NCBI GenBank assembly: GCA_001940825.1 | Contig: MSGT01000061.1 | Location: 1,887 to 65,886, forward strand | Direction: 5' to 3' | DNA from: Sphaerochaeta sp. Phil3 | Lineage (GTDB): Bacteria; Spirochaetota; Spirochaetia; Sphaerochaetales; Sphaerochaetaceae | Length of the DNA stretch: 64,000 bases | Part shown: positions 18,775-29,166 of the stretch, in pieces | How the letters are laid out: every line of letters starts with the position of its first letter | Position numbering within the stretch: position 1 is the first letter of the stretch | Program-made: the position numbers and the translations under genes | The notes under the pieces: model-generated | The model's database searches: none | The model's input: only the letters and a program-made list of their open reading frames with translations | What the model was told of the DNA's origin: nothing

Positions 18775-20277
18775 ATGAAGTATCTGGGTGCAATTGACCA
18801 AGGGACTACTAGTACAAGGTTCATTCTGTTCGACGAACATGGCGACATACGGGCGTCGCATCAGATAGAGCACCGGCAGATCTTCCCAAATCCAGGTTGG
18901 GTGGAGCATGATCCATACGAAATATGGGACAATACGACGGAGACGATAGTAAAGACCCTGCGTGCAGCGGATGCGCAGGCCAGCGACATCGCAGGCGTTG
19001 GAATCACCAACCAAAGGGAGACCGTCGTTGCGTGGAACCCCAAGACCGGCAAGGTTTGGTACAATGCAGTAGTATGGCAGGACCTCAGGGGTGCAGAGCT
19101 CATAAACAGGCTCAAGCAGAGCTGCGATGAGTCTTGGCTCAAGAAGAAGTGCGGGCTTTTGTTCTCACCATACTTTGCAGCTTCCAAGATCGCGTGGCTT
19201 TTGGACAATGTTGAGGGACTGCGTGATGCAGCTGAAAGCGGCGATGCCGTCTTTGGAACGATAGATACATGGCTTACATGGAACCTCACAGCCCGCAAGT
19301 GCTTTGTGACCGACGTGACCAATGCATCTCGCTACATGCTCATGAACATAAACACCCTGCAGTGGGACGACGAGCTTTTGGCTGTGTTCAGGATTCCAAA
19401 GAAGGCGCTTCCTGAGATAGTGCCTTCCACGGGAAGGACGTATGGCCTTACATCGGCTGCAGGACCTTTCCAAGGTGAAGTTCCCGTCTGTGGGATCCTT
19501 GGAGACCAGCAGGCGGCCCTCTTTGGACAGGCCTGCTTCACTGAAGGCCTTGGAAAGTGCACATACGGCACTGGATGCTTCCTTCTTGTGAATACCGGCA
19601 ACAAGCTTTGCTTTTCCAAAAATGGCCTGGTTTCCACCGTTGCATACAAAAGGGAAGGGGAATCTCCCGTATACGCCCTCGAAGGCTCCATTGCCGTAGC
19701 CGGCTCTCTGGTGCAGTGGATACGTGACAATCTCAAGATGGTCCAAAGCGCGCAGGAGCTTGACGAGTTCGCCTCAAGGGTGGACGACTGCGGAGGTGTG
19801 TACATTGTGCCGGCATTCGCAGGGCTTTTCGCTCCCTATTGGAGAAGCGATGCAAGAGGTGTGATTGCAGGCCTTACTGGCTACAGCGACAGGAACCATA
19901 TATGCCGTGCTGCACTTGAGGCCACGGCGTTCCAAGCCAACGACATATTCGATGCCATAGAGGCGGACAGCCACATAAAGATGCGTGAGCTCAAGGTTGA
20001 CGGTGGACTTACGAACAGCGAACCTCTTATGAAGTTCCAGGCCGATATCCTTGGAATCCCCGTCATAAGGCCGCAGGTAATAGAGACGACGGCCCTTGGC
20101 GCTGCGTATGCGGCAGGGCTTTCAGTTGGTATGTTCGACAGCATGAATGAGCTTTCCAGCCATTGGAGGGAAGAGAAGAGATGGGAGCCCACGATGTCCG
20201 AGGAGACTCGTGAGGCCAAGGTCAAATTCTGGAACAAAGCCGTTTCCAGAACGTTGAACTGGACAGAGGAGAATTGA
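18775..20277 (+). CDS. glpK: Glycerol kinase
   Basis: MKYLGAIDQGTTSTRF start with GGAGG upstream. The FGGY kinase pattern runs throughout. Confidence 0.93.
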   Translation: MKYLGAIDQGTTSTRFILFDEHGDIRASHQIEHRQIFPNPGWVEHDPYEIWDNTTETIVKTLRAADAQASDIAGVGITNQRETVVAWNPKTGKVWYNAVVWQDLRGAELINRLKQSCDESWLKKKCGLLFSPYFAASKIAWLLDNVEGLRDAAESGDAVFGTIDTWLTWNLTARKCFVTDVTNASRYMLMNINTLQWDDELLAVFRIPKKALPEIVPSTGRTYGLTSAAGPFQGEVPVCGILGDQQAALFGQACFTEGLGKCTYGTGCFLLVNTGNKLCFSKNGLVSTVAYKREGESPVYALEGSIAVAGSLVQWIRDNLKMVQSAQELDEFASRVDDCGGVYIVPAFAGLFAPYWRSDARGVIAGLTGYSDRNHICRAALEATAFQANDIFDAIEADSHIKMRELKVDGGLTNSEPLMKFQADILGIPVIRPQVIETTALGAAYAAGLSVGMFDSMNELSSHWREEKRWEPTMSEETREAKVKFWNKAVSRTLNWTEEN

Positions 20278-20281
20278 GAGG

Positions 20282-21088
20282 ATGTTGCCTACAACCGTGC
20301 CTGAGATGATCAGGGCTGCTGTACAGATAGTGGTTCTGACCGTCTTCTTCTACAGTACTTACATAGCGCTTGCCCAAAACAGGGCTTCCCGCATCATTGG
20401 GTCCATTCTGACCTATGTGTTCGTCTACATTGCCTGCAGTCTGCTCAAGCTTGACATAATAGCAAGCCTCATGAAGCTCTTGGCCGTTCCCGGTGTGGTG
20501 TTCCTGTGCGTGTTGTACCAGCCTGAGCTTAGAAGGACGTTCACGCCAGGTGTCAGCAGAAGGTCCCGTTTCTTCAGACTTGGAGGTGTGCAGACGTCGT
20601 CTGACCAGATAGAGACCATCCTCAATGCGTGTCAGCGCCTTGTCCAATCCAAGAGGGGTGCATTGATCGTGTTCCCAAGAAGGCTTGGACTCAAGAACAT
20701 CATAGACAGCGGAACAAGGATGAATGCGGACATCTCAAGTGCGCTCATCGTCACTGTGTTCGACCATGACACTCCTCTTCACGACGGGGCCATGATAATC
20801 CAGGGTTCCAAGATAGTCGCAGCTGGATGCTATCTGCCTCTTTCAGGCCAGACCGATATCCGTGCCTCCTTTGGCACGAGGCACAGGGCCGCCCTTGGAA
20901 TGGCGGAGGAGTCCGATGCCGCCGTCATTGTCGTGTCTGAGGAGACCGGCGCCATATCGCTTGCATGCAACGGAAACCTCTACTACGACCTGTCGCACGA
21001 CGAGATAAAGAGCATGCTGCTTTCGCTGTTCAACTACTTGGACATCCAGCCTGTTGCCATGGAGGAGGGAAAGAATGAGGCGCAATAA
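20282..21088 (+). CDS. cdaA: Diadenylate cyclase CdaA (DisA_N domain)
   Basis: Three N-terminal TM helices, then DGAMII and GTRHRAALGMAEESDAAVIVVSEETG. Confidence 0.85.
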   Translation: MLPTTVPEMIRAAVQIVVLTVFFYSTYIALAQNRASRIIGSILTYVFVYIACSLLKLDIIASLMKLLAVPGVVFLCVLYQPELRRTFTPGVSRRSRFFRLGGVQTSSDQIETILNACQRLVQSKRGALIVFPRRLGLKNIIDSGTRMNADISSALIVTVFDHDTPLHDGAMIIQGSKIVAAGCYLPLSGQTDIRASFGTRHRAALGMAEESDAAVIVVSEETGAISLACNGNLYYDLSHDEIKSMLLSLFNYLDIQPVAMEEGKNEAQ

Positions 21089-21494
21089 GTTTTTCCAAAG
21101 GGTCTTCTACAACTGGCAGGTCAAGATACTCTGCTTCCTCCTTGCCGTGTTCATGTACTTCTTCCTTGGTCTGGTAATCCAGGACACAAGGACTGTAAGG
21201 CTGCCACTGGAAGTGACCCTTCCCAGCGGCTACAACGCGGACAGCAACATCCCAACCAGCGTTGACCTTGTGATAAAGGGAACCCAGGAAAGGATATACA
21301 TGATTGAAGTGGATGACATTCATGTAAGCGTTGACTTCTCAAACGTTGACCATGAAGGGGTGAACATGGCTCCTGTCGTCATAACCATGGACGGTCCCAA
21401 CCAGTCCCTTGATACGTCGTCCGTGTCCATATCCACCAATCCTACGCAGGTGAAGATATACTTCTCGCTGAAAGGCTCCCAGGAGGCTATATGA
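21075..21494 (+). CDS. YbbR-like (CdaR-type) membrane-anchored protein, single repeat
   Basis: ATG at 21075 after GGAGGAGGG. N-terminal TM helix, then a YbbR-like beta-rich repeat. Canonical position after cdaA. Confidence 0.55.
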   Translation: MRRNKFFQRVFYNWQVKILCFLLAVFMYFFLGLVIQDTRTVRLPLEVTLPSGYNADSNIPTSVDLVIKGTQERIYMIEVDDIHVSVDFSNVDHEGVNMAPVVITMDGPNQSLDTSSVSISTNPTQVKIYFSLKGSQEAI

Positions 21495-21880
21495 TAAGCG
21501 GTATTGGAATAGATGCAGTCTCCTTGGAGAGGGTGAAGAAGCTTGACAGACACTTCCTTGAAAAAGTCTACAACGAGCACGAGCTTGAAGAGTACGCCCT
21601 TTTGGAGAACGCCCACGAGGACGTGAAGGCCCAGTTCCTTGCTTCTCGCTTTGCAGCCAAGGAGGCGTATGCCAAGGCCTGTGGAACGGGGTTCTGCGAA
21701 ACGGTCGTCCCTCGTGAGATATACGTGAAGAAGGAAGCCACCGGCAAGCCGTCGCTTGTCCTGTGCGGCACCACTTTGGACAACGCTCCAAGGGCCGCCG
21801 TGCACCTTTCGATAACGCATGAAGAGCCTCTTGCAATTGCAATGGTCGTCCTTGAAACCGTTGGGAAGGCAAATGTCTAG
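21491..21880 (+). CDS. acpS: Holo-ACP synthase
   Basis: MISGIGIDAVSLERV N-terminus. About 129 aa. Confidence 0.85.
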   Translation: MISGIGIDAVSLERVKKLDRHFLEKVYNEHELEEYALLENAHEDVKAQFLASRFAAKEAYAKACGTGFCETVVPREIYVKKEATGKPSLVLCGTTLDNAPRAAVHLSITHEEPLAIAMVVLETVGKANV

Positions 21881-22721
21881 AAGCGACTGGAAGCGTCCTG
21901 TGGAGTTCGCCGCACCTGAGGGTAGACGTCGCGTTGCGTTGGAGCTCTCATACGATGGGCGCTGCTACAATGGCTGGCAAACGCAGAACAATGCGAAAAG
22001 TGTGCAGGAAACGTTGAAACAGGCCATTGTTTCCTTTTTGAATGATGACAGCGTGGAGGTGTGCGGAAGCGGTAGGACTGACAGCGGTGTCCATGCAAAG
22101 GGACAGGTCGCCCATGCTGAGTTCAATGACTGCAGCATCCCTGCAAAGGCCTTTCTCTATGGTCTCAACGCCTTCCTTCCTGTGAGCGTTAGGATTCTTA
22201 GGAGCTGGGATGTCCCCGCTTCGTTCCATGCGCGCTACAGCGCCATGGCCAGAGAGTACCGCTATTTCGCCGTCCAGGGTTTTGGACGGGATGCTTTCAT
22301 GGACGGCCTTGTCACGTGGCTCAAGGAAATGCCTGACCTTGGTGTCCTCAATTCGTATGCCGTCCAGCTTGTAGGTACGCATGATTTCACTACTTTTGCA
22401 TCTGCTAAGGACATTTGTCCTAGCAAATATCGGGATATATATGAGTCCGTATTCACCATGGAGAAGTCCATGTACGGAGACGATGTTCTGTGCTACAAGG
22501 TTTGCGGCAATGCGTTTCTGTACCACATGGTACGTTCCCTTGTAGGGACCATGCTGGAGATGGCGGGCAATGGGTGCTCTGCGGCGGAGTTCAAGGATGT
22601 GCTTGATTCGTGCGACAGAAGGCGTGCCGGCAAGACTGCACCGTCAGATGGTCTGTATCTGTGGCGCGTGAGCTACGACCCTGACGAATACCAGTGGTTT
22701 GAGGATAGATATGGACGTTGA
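21873..22721 (+). CDS. truA: tRNA pseudouridine(38-40) synthase TruA
   Basis: GRTDSGVHAKGQVAH catalytic-Asp motif. The start at 21873 overlaps the acpS stop. Confidence 0.85.
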   Translation: MSRSDWKRPVEFAAPEGRRRVALELSYDGRCYNGWQTQNNAKSVQETLKQAIVSFLNDDSVEVCGSGRTDSGVHAKGQVAHAEFNDCSIPAKAFLYGLNAFLPVSVRILRSWDVPASFHARYSAMAREYRYFAVQGFGRDAFMDGLVTWLKEMPDLGVLNSYAVQLVGTHDFTTFASAKDICPSKYRDIYESVFTMEKSMYGDDVLCYKVCGNAFLYHMVRSLVGTMLEMAGNGCSAAEFKDVLDSCDRRRAGKTAPSDGLYLWRVSYDPDEYQWFEDRYGR

Positions 22722-23562
22722 GAACAGGTTTGAAGGTGTGGATGGGCTCGAAAACGTAGGTGCTGAGGCGAAAAAGCGCGCTCTGGAAGCTGCCCTTGGT
22801 CGTGTGGGTGGCCTTATGGACGACTTTGAGAATGTCGTCAGGCGCAGCTTCGATGAACCCTCACATCCCACGGCTGGTTCTGATTTCTCAGCTGCCGTGA
22901 AGAAGGTGTATCCTGATCCTGTTCCATCCGTTGCGAAGGCTGTGGAAGAGGCTGTTGAGGCCGTGTCCACCGTGGACGAGGATCCCCGCCTTCACATGTC
23001 GTTTGGTGCTTTGACAGGCGAATGCCTCAGATGCGAGCGCTGTGTGCTTTGCAAAACGAGGAAGAACGTCGTCTTTGGCGAGGGCTGTTCTGAGAGGCCT
23101 GTTGTGATGGTAATTGGAGAAGGCCCTGGCGAGACTGAGGACAACACTGGCCGTCCGTTTGTTGGTAAGGCCGGGCAGTTCCTGGACAAATGGCTTGCTG
23201 CAATAGGTTTGGACCGCAGTTCAAACGCCTATATAACCAACATAGTCAAATGCAGACCGCCTATGAACAGAGACCCCCTTCCTGACGAGAAAAGTTCGTG
23301 TCTTCCGTTCCTCAAGCAGCAGATCGCTCTGATTCAGCCTCAGGCCATACTGTGCCTTGGCAAGCCTGCATCCACGCTCATGACGGGAATGATGGAGTCT
23401 TCTATGGGATCCCTTCATGGAAGGTTCTTCTTCTATGATGGAATTCCAATGATGTGTACGTACCACCCAGCGGCGGTGCTTAGGGACTTGACCCTGAAAC
23501 GTCCAGTGTGGGAGGACTTGAAGAAGCTTGCACGTTATCTTGGTCTTGGTGGGGTTGTTTGA
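22699..23562 (+). CDS. Family-4 uracil-DNA glycosylase with about 100-aa acidic N-terminal extension
   Basis: VIGEGPGETEDNTGRPFVGKAGQFL and a Cys cluster (CLRCERCVLC) typical of family 4 UDGs. The start is uncertain (22699 or 22711). Confidence 0.8.
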   Translation: MRIDMDVENRFEGVDGLENVGAEAKKRALEAALGRVGGLMDDFENVVRRSFDEPSHPTAGSDFSAAVKKVYPDPVPSVAKAVEEAVEAVSTVDEDPRLHMSFGALTGECLRCERCVLCKTRKNVVFGEGCSERPVVMVIGEGPGETEDNTGRPFVGKAGQFLDKWLAAIGLDRSSNAYITNIVKCRPPMNRDPLPDEKSSCLPFLKQQIALIQPQAILCLGKPASTLMTGMMESSMGSLHGRFFFYDGIPMMCTYHPAAVLRDLTLKRPVWEDLKKLARYLGLGGVV

Positions 23563-23597
23563 GTTTGTGATGAAGTCGTGGTGAAATCGTTGAAATC

Positions 23598-25568
23598 ATG
23601 TTGAAATACGCGAAGGTTGCAGTTCCAGTGCCTCTCAAACAGGAGTTCACCTATAGCTTCGACGATGGTGTATTGAACGTCGTTCCTGGTATAAGGGTGA
23701 TGGTTCCCTTTGGCCGCCGTGAAGTCCAAGGGTATGTGGTCGATGTTCTGGATTCCAGACCTGACGTTGGATTTGAGATAAAAGCAGTCTCAAAGGCCAT
23801 TGACAAGGAGCCTTTGTTTGGAAAGCGCGAATATGAGCTGGCCCTTTGGATGGAACGTTTCTACTTTTCAAGCCGTGGAGAGATCCTTGATGTGATGATT
23901 CCCGGTGGAAGGCGCGATTCTTCGTTTGGAGCGTTGGATTTTGGAGAGCCGGTCTTCAAGAAGGACGTTGTTCTAACGGCTGAGCAGTCAGGCGCAGTAG
24001 AGACTGTCATGGGTGCTCAATCAGGGCTTTTCTACCTGTTTGGAGTTACGGGCAGCGGCAAGACGGAGGTATTTCTCCAATGCGCAGAGCGTGTGATCGC
24101 ACAAGGCGGGCAGGTGATATATCTGGTGCCTGAGATAACGCTTACGCATCAGCTGGCCGTCCAGGTGATGGAGAGGTTCAAGAACAACGTGGCGATTCTG
24201 CACTCCGGGTTGACGGACTCCCAAAGGATAGCCCAATGGCGAAGGATAAAGAGGTCTGAGGTCTCCCTTGTGATTGGTGCCAGAAGCGCTGTTTTCGCTC
24301 CATGCGAGAACCTTAGGATGATAATCATAGACGAGGAGCACGAGAATTCGTACAAAAGCGGGAACGATCCTCGCTACCATGCACGTCAGGTCGCCCAAAA
24401 GCGCATAGCCGACTGTCATGGAAAGCTTCTTATGGGAAGTGCAACCCCAAGCCTTGAGGCTTGGCACCTGATGAAGGATCCCTCGCGCATGACGCGCATA
24501 GACCTCACCTCCCGCGTTGGCGGTGGTTGTATGCCAAAGGTCGAGATTGCGGACATGACGCACGAGGACGGCATCTTTGGCAAGACCCTTCAACTTGAAA
24601 TGGCTCGAACTTTGGGTGCTGGAAAGCAGGTGATTCTGTTTCTCAACAGGCGTGGCTACAGCTACTATTTCCACTGCCGCAGCTGTGGCTATGAGCTCAA
24701 GTGCCCTCACTGCGACGTGGCCATGACGTACCATAAGAAGACGGGAACGTTGAAGTGCCACTACTGCGGCTATACGCAAAAGCCCACTAGGGTGTGCCCT
24801 GTATGCGGATCCCTTGATGTCATGTACTCCGGCTTTGGCACTGAGCAGGTGGAGCAGGAGGTACAAAGGCTGTTCCCGCAATACAGAACCGCACGCCTTG
24901 ATACAGATGTCGTCTCAAAGGACAGAAAGATAATCCAGAAGACGTTGGACGAGTTCCGTGCGGGTTCGTTGGACATCCTCATTGGAACCCAAATGGTCGC
25001 CAAAGGCCTCAATTTCCCAAACGTACAGCTTGTGGGGATAGTCCTTGCGGACAGCGGCCTTCTTGTCCCTGACTTCAGGGCTGAGGAGCGCACGTTCGAT
25101 CTTCTCGTGCAGGTTGCAGGCCGCTCAGGGCGTGCGGACTCAAACGGAAGGGTAGTGGTCCAGACCCGAATGAAGGACAATCCTGCAATCGTCATGGCTT
25201 CCAAGGGTGAGGTAGAGGCCTTCTTCGACAATGAGCTCAAGCTTCGCAAGGACCTTGGCTTTCCTCCGTTCTCCAGAATGGTCAACCTTGTCGTCCGCTC
25301 TCCAAAGGCTTCAGTTGCAAGGGCATTTGCAGAGTCGTTGGCCAGCGAGCTGAGAGGGAAGGCCGCCTTCTTTGGATTCGACGTCCAGGTCTATGGCGCA
25401 AACGAATGCCCAATAGAGAAGATCAGGGCCAATTTCAGGTTCCAGGTGCTGCTTAGGTCATTCAAACCATCCGACATGCTCTCTCTTCTTGAAAACGTTC
25501 TGTCATATACTTCCGTGCCGTCAAGCGTCGTCCTTGAGATTGATGTTGACCCTGTAGACCTGCTTTGA
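23598..25568 (+). CDS. priA: Primosomal protein N' (replication restart helicase PriA)
   Basis: Walker A GVTGSGKTE, DEEH box IIIDEEHE, and zinc-binding Cys array CRSCGYELKCPHCD...CHYCGY...CPVCGS. Confidence 0.9.
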   Translation: MLKYAKVAVPVPLKQEFTYSFDDGVLNVVPGIRVMVPFGRREVQGYVVDVLDSRPDVGFEIKAVSKAIDKEPLFGKREYELALWMERFYFSSRGEILDVMIPGGRRDSSFGALDFGEPVFKKDVVLTAEQSGAVETVMGAQSGLFYLFGVTGSGKTEVFLQCAERVIAQGGQVIYLVPEITLTHQLAVQVMERFKNNVAILHSGLTDSQRIAQWRRIKRSEVSLVIGARSAVFAPCENLRMIIIDEEHENSYKSGNDPRYHARQVAQKRIADCHGKLLMGSATPSLEAWHLMKDPSRMTRIDLTSRVGGGCMPKVEIADMTHEDGIFGKTLQLEMARTLGAGKQVILFLNRRGYSYYFHCRSCGYELKCPHCDVAMTYHKKTGTLKCHYCGYTQKPTRVCPVCGSLDVMYSGFGTEQVEQEVQRLFPQYRTARLDTDVVSKDRKIIQKTLDEFRAGSLDILIGTQMVAKGLNFPNVQLVGIVLADSGLLVPDFRAEERTFDLLVQVAGRSGRADSNGRVVVQTRMKDNPAIVMASKGEVEAFFDNELKLRKDLGFPPFSRMVNLVVRSPKASVARAFAESLASELRGKAAFFGFDVQVYGANECPIEKIRANFRFQVLLRSFKPSDMLSLLENVLSYTSVPSSVVLEIDVDPVDLL

Positions 25569-25581
25569 GTATCATTTCCAC

Positions 25582-26124
25582 ATGCTCGACATATATAGAA
25601 TAGGGGACGAAATCCTCAGAACGAAATGCGAAAAGGTCACCCAGTTCGACCACTCGCTTGAAATCCTCATAGATGCAATGTTCGACACACTTGACGAGGC
25701 CGATGGCGTTGGTCTTGCCGGCCCTCAGGTTGGCGTTGACAAGAGGCTGTTCATCGTCTCGCTGAATGATGGGACGAGAAAGGCCTTCGTAAACCCAGAG
25801 ATCGTCGAGACCTCTGTGGATACCTGCCCTTACGAAGAGGGATGCCTCAGCATTCCTGGCGTATACCACAATGTCATAAGACCTTCCAAGGTCAAGGTCT
25901 TTGCCCAGGACGAGAAGGGCCATGCATTCACTGTGGATGCATCGGGGCTCCTTGCCCGTGTCATACAGCATGAGAACGACCATCTTGACGGAAAGCTTTT
26001 CATAGACCGCTTGAGCGAGGATGAAAGGGATAAGGTCCTCAAGCTCTACAGCAAGAGATGTGGTAGAAAGGTTGGTGCTGACAGAAAGTCTGACAAGCTG
26101 TCCAGCAAGAAGAGGAAGGGTTGA
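25582..26124 (+). CDS. def: Peptide deformylase
   Basis: GVGLAGPQVG, EGCLSIPG and HENDHLDG motifs. Confidence 0.93.
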   Translation: MLDIYRIGDEILRTKCEKVTQFDHSLEILIDAMFDTLDEADGVGLAGPQVGVDKRLFIVSLNDGTRKAFVNPEIVETSVDTCPYEEGCLSIPGVYHNVIRPSKVKVFAQDEKGHAFTVDASGLLARVIQHENDHLDGKLFIDRLSEDERDKVLKLYSKRCGRKVGADRKSDKLSSKKRKG

Positions 26125-26125
26125 T

Positions 26126-27106
26126 TTGGCAGACTCTAGGATTCTATTTGCAGGGACTCCTGACATTGCCGTCCCCCTTCTGAGGTCGTTGGCTTCTTCG
26201 TTCAATGTCGTTGGAGTCCTGACCTCGTGCGACAAGAGCGTAGGGCGCTCCTCCAAGCCGTGCCCGCCTCCTGTGAAGACGGCGGCTTTGGAGCTTGGAA
26301 TCCCTGTCCTTCAGTTCGATTCATTGAGGACCCCTGCACGGGATGCCGTTAGGAGCATTGGTGCAAACGTCCTTGTGTCGTTCGCTTTTGGCCGTATATT
26401 CGGACCTATGTTCCTTGCCCTCTTTCCAAACGGAAGGTTCAACGTGCATCCGTCCCATCTTCCTCTCTTCAGAGGTCCTTCTCCAATCCAGGCTACTATC
26501 CTAGGAGGCTTGAGGGAGGCTTCCATAAGCGTGCAGACCATTGGCGAGAAGATGGACGAGGGCGATATATGGGGCATGATGCAGTTCCCCTTGGATGGTA
26601 CTGAGACCACTTCCTCGCTTACGGAGAAGGTCTCACTAGAGGCGGCTTCCTTTGTCCCCAATGTCCTGAAACAGGCTTTATGCGGTGAAATTTCGCCTGT
26701 TGTCCAAAACGGCGAGCCATCGTACTGCAAAATGATAGACAAGGCTGACGGCAAATTGGATTTCTCAAGGTCTTTGCTTGAACTACATTCACTTGTTCGT
26801 GCCTCATATCCTTGGCCAAAGGCCTTTGCGCTTGCTGACGGCCGTGAGGTCTTCATTACAAGCGTATGGGGCGGTTTCCATGAAGTGGACTTGGTTTTGG
26901 AGGAGACAAGGGAATCGGTCTGTGGGGGGAGTGCGTTGCCGGAGCCGGGTACAGTCGTAGGATTCAGAAAGGACCGCGGCATTGGCATTGCGTGTGCAGA
27001 TGGGGTGCTTTGGGTGAATGGGCTGCAGCTACCGGCCAAGAAGGAGATGGACCACAAGGCGTTCGTGAACGGGAACCGCTGGATTCTGGATGCAAATTTC
27101 AACTGA
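26126..27106 (+). CDS. fmt: Methionyl-tRNA formyltransferase
   Basis: ILFAGTPDIAVPLL and HPSHLPLFRGPSPIQ. Probable TTG start at 26126 just after the def stop. The ORF-track start at 26021 overlaps def. Confidence 0.85.
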   Translation: MADSRILFAGTPDIAVPLLRSLASSFNVVGVLTSCDKSVGRSSKPCPPPVKTAALELGIPVLQFDSLRTPARDAVRSIGANVLVSFAFGRIFGPMFLALFPNGRFNVHPSHLPLFRGPSPIQATILGGLREASISVQTIGEKMDEGDIWGMMQFPLDGTETTSSLTEKVSLEAASFVPNVLKQALCGEISPVVQNGEPSYCKMIDKADGKLDFSRSLLELHSLVRASYPWPKAFALADGREVFITSVWGGFHEVDLVLEETRESVCGGSALPEPGTVVGFRKDRGIGIACADGVLWVNGLQLPAKKEMDHKAFVNGNRWILDANFN

Positions 27107-27127
27107 CGGTTCATTTGATAGTGGTTC

Positions 27128-28189
27128 ATGGTGATTCGTATGCAGGGTTCGAAGCCTTTGTCCAAACCGTTTTATAGGTCGTATTCGTCCAGTCTCATTG
27201 AAAAGCATGGACACAGGGTTTTCCGCGTTGGCGTGGATGCCGGGTTCTCATGTCCCAACCGCTGTGGCGAGAAGGGGACTGGAGGGTGCGTATATTGCGA
27301 CAGCCAAGGGGCCAGGGCTGCGTATCTTAGGACGAACGAAAGCGGGTTCAGACACGACAGCGGATTCGAAGCAGGTATAGATGAGGCTTTGTGTGATGTG
27401 CAGGAGGATGGACGTTTGGTTGATGTTCGCCTGCAGAACCTACAGAATATCCGTAGCCAGATAGAGCGTGGGCGGCGTTTCATAGAATCACGTTACAACG
27501 TCTCCCATTTTGCATTGTATCTTCAGTCGTTTTCGAATACGTTTGCGCCGGTTGAGCGTCTTAGGGCTGTATACGACTACGCCTTGGGGAATTACGACTG
27601 GGAGGGCTTCATCGTCTCTACAAGGCCGGATTGCCTTGATGAGGAAAAGCTCTCGCTTCTTGAGTCGTACAGGCCTAGGTGTGGCGAGGTGTGTGTAGAG
27701 CTTGGACTTCAAAGCGGCAGCGACAGGATATTGAAGTCCATGCATCGTGGCCATGACGTGCAGTGCTTCAAGGATGCATGCGCTGCAGTGAAGGCCCACG
27801 GTCTTGAACTTTGCGTGCATGTGCTGACAGGCTTTCCAAGTGAAGGCCTAGCCGAGCTTGACGAGACCATAGCCGTTTTGAATGAAGTGAAGCCCAATGC
27901 CATGAAGATACATAACCTTAATATCGCTTCCGGCACTGCTTTGTATGATTCGTATCTGGAAGGCGAAATCTCCGCTCCATGCATGACACGCCATATTGCA
28001 ACTGTGATATATATTCTGCGTCGTATTCCCGCGTCCGTTGTGATTGAGCGTCTTGTGTGCGAGACCCCATCTCACAGGCTTGCATCCCCACGGGCGTTTG
28101 CGGACAAGAACACTTTCCTCCGCGCACTTGAATCCCGTATGAGGGAGCTTGGAGCGGTGCAGGGGGATCTATATGAAGGTTCCATTTGA
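27128..28189 (+). CDS. Radical SAM protein, TIGR01212-like family
   Basis: FSCPNRCGEKGTGGCVYCD cluster and a YhcC-like overall pattern. Confidence 0.7.
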   Translation: MVIRMQGSKPLSKPFYRSYSSSLIEKHGHRVFRVGVDAGFSCPNRCGEKGTGGCVYCDSQGARAAYLRTNESGFRHDSGFEAGIDEALCDVQEDGRLVDVRLQNLQNIRSQIERGRRFIESRYNVSHFALYLQSFSNTFAPVERLRAVYDYALGNYDWEGFIVSTRPDCLDEEKLSLLESYRPRCGEVCVELGLQSGSDRILKSMHRGHDVQCFKDACAAVKAHGLELCVHVLTGFPSEGLAELDETIAVLNEVKPNAMKIHNLNIASGTALYDSYLEGEISAPCMTRHIATVIYILRRIPASVVIERLVCETPSHRLASPRAFADKNTFLRALESRMRELGAVQGDLYEGSI

Positions 28190-28330
28190 AAGTTGAAAGA
28201 ATTGAATGGAAAGCCTTGTGGGGAGTCGTTTCAGAACAGGGAAAGCCGATGTTTGTGAACAAAAGTGTTGATTTGCGTTTGCAAGTTGAAAAGCGTTTGG
28301 TCTAGCAATAGTATTAGAGGTCGAAGAGGT

Positions 28331-29104
28331 ATGGGAATGAACAAAGGATTGAAAAGGTTCTTGCTTGTTGTTTTGGTCTTTATGATGGCCTTGTTTTGTA
28401 TATACGCAGCTGATTCTGCTGGTTCTGCGGGTTCTGGGGCTTCGAACTCAGGAGTGAACGGTTCTGCTACATCAGGCTCTGAGACGTTGGTGCCAAAGAC
28501 CCTCATTGAGAAGTTCAGCTACGTCGTTGGCTACCGCACTGGGTCGTACTACTATGCCTACAAGTACCAACTGTACCCTGAGATGCTGGACGAGTTCGCA
28601 ATCCTTGGGGACGAAGACTACACCGCAGGCACCCCTCGCTACACGGCCACCCAAATGGACCAGATAGTCAACGACTACATTGCAGACTACACTTCCCGCC
28701 GGGTCGCACTTGCCGTCACGAACCGCCAGGCCGCCGAGGACTTCCTTGAAGAGAACGCAAAATCAAAGGACGTCCACACAACCGCATCCGGCCTCCAGTA
28801 CCGCATCATCAAACAGGGCACGGGGGCTCATCCACAGCAGACCGATACCGTTGAGCTTGACTATGAGCTCAAACTTTTGGACGGCACTGTTATGGACTCC
28901 TCCTACGCAAGAGGCGCCCATTCGTCGTTCCCCCTTGCGAACGTCATAGCAGGTTTCTCTGAGGGGTGCCAGCTCATGCCTCTTGGCTCCCACTACATAT
29001 TCTACATCCATCCTGACCTTGGGTATGGTGAGAACGGTGCGGGTACCATAGAGCCTAACAGCCTTTTGGTTTTCGAAGTTGAAACTTACTCGATTGTTGA
29101 GTAG
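28331..29104 (+). CDS. FKBP-type peptidyl-prolyl isomerase (Mip/FkpA-like), secreted
   Basis: Signal sequence MGMNKGLKRFLLVVLVFMMALFCIYA, a Ser/Gly linker, and a C-terminal FKBP domain (GLQYRIIKQGTG...LLVFEVE). Confidence 0.8.
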   Translation: MGMNKGLKRFLLVVLVFMMALFCIYAADSAGSAGSGASNSGVNGSATSGSETLVPKTLIEKFSYVVGYRTGSYYYAYKYQLYPEMLDEFAILGDEDYTAGTPRYTATQMDQIVNDYIADYTSRRVALAVTNRQAAEDFLEENAKSKDVHTTASGLQYRIIKQGTGAHPQQTDTVELDYELKLLDGTVMDSSYARGAHSSFPLANVIAGFSEGCQLMPLGSHYIFYIHPDLGYGENGAGTIEPNSLLVFEVETYSIVE

Positions 29105-29166
29105 ATTAGGGTGTCGATATAGTGTATCGATTCTAGTCTACTGAATCCAGTCTGCTGAGAAGGGGG

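Noticed and set aside
24021-27165. Minus-strand ORFs of 171-286 aa opposite priA, def and fmt
   Set aside because: The plus-strand genes carry unambiguous family motifs. The antisense products have no motifs and no plausible starts.
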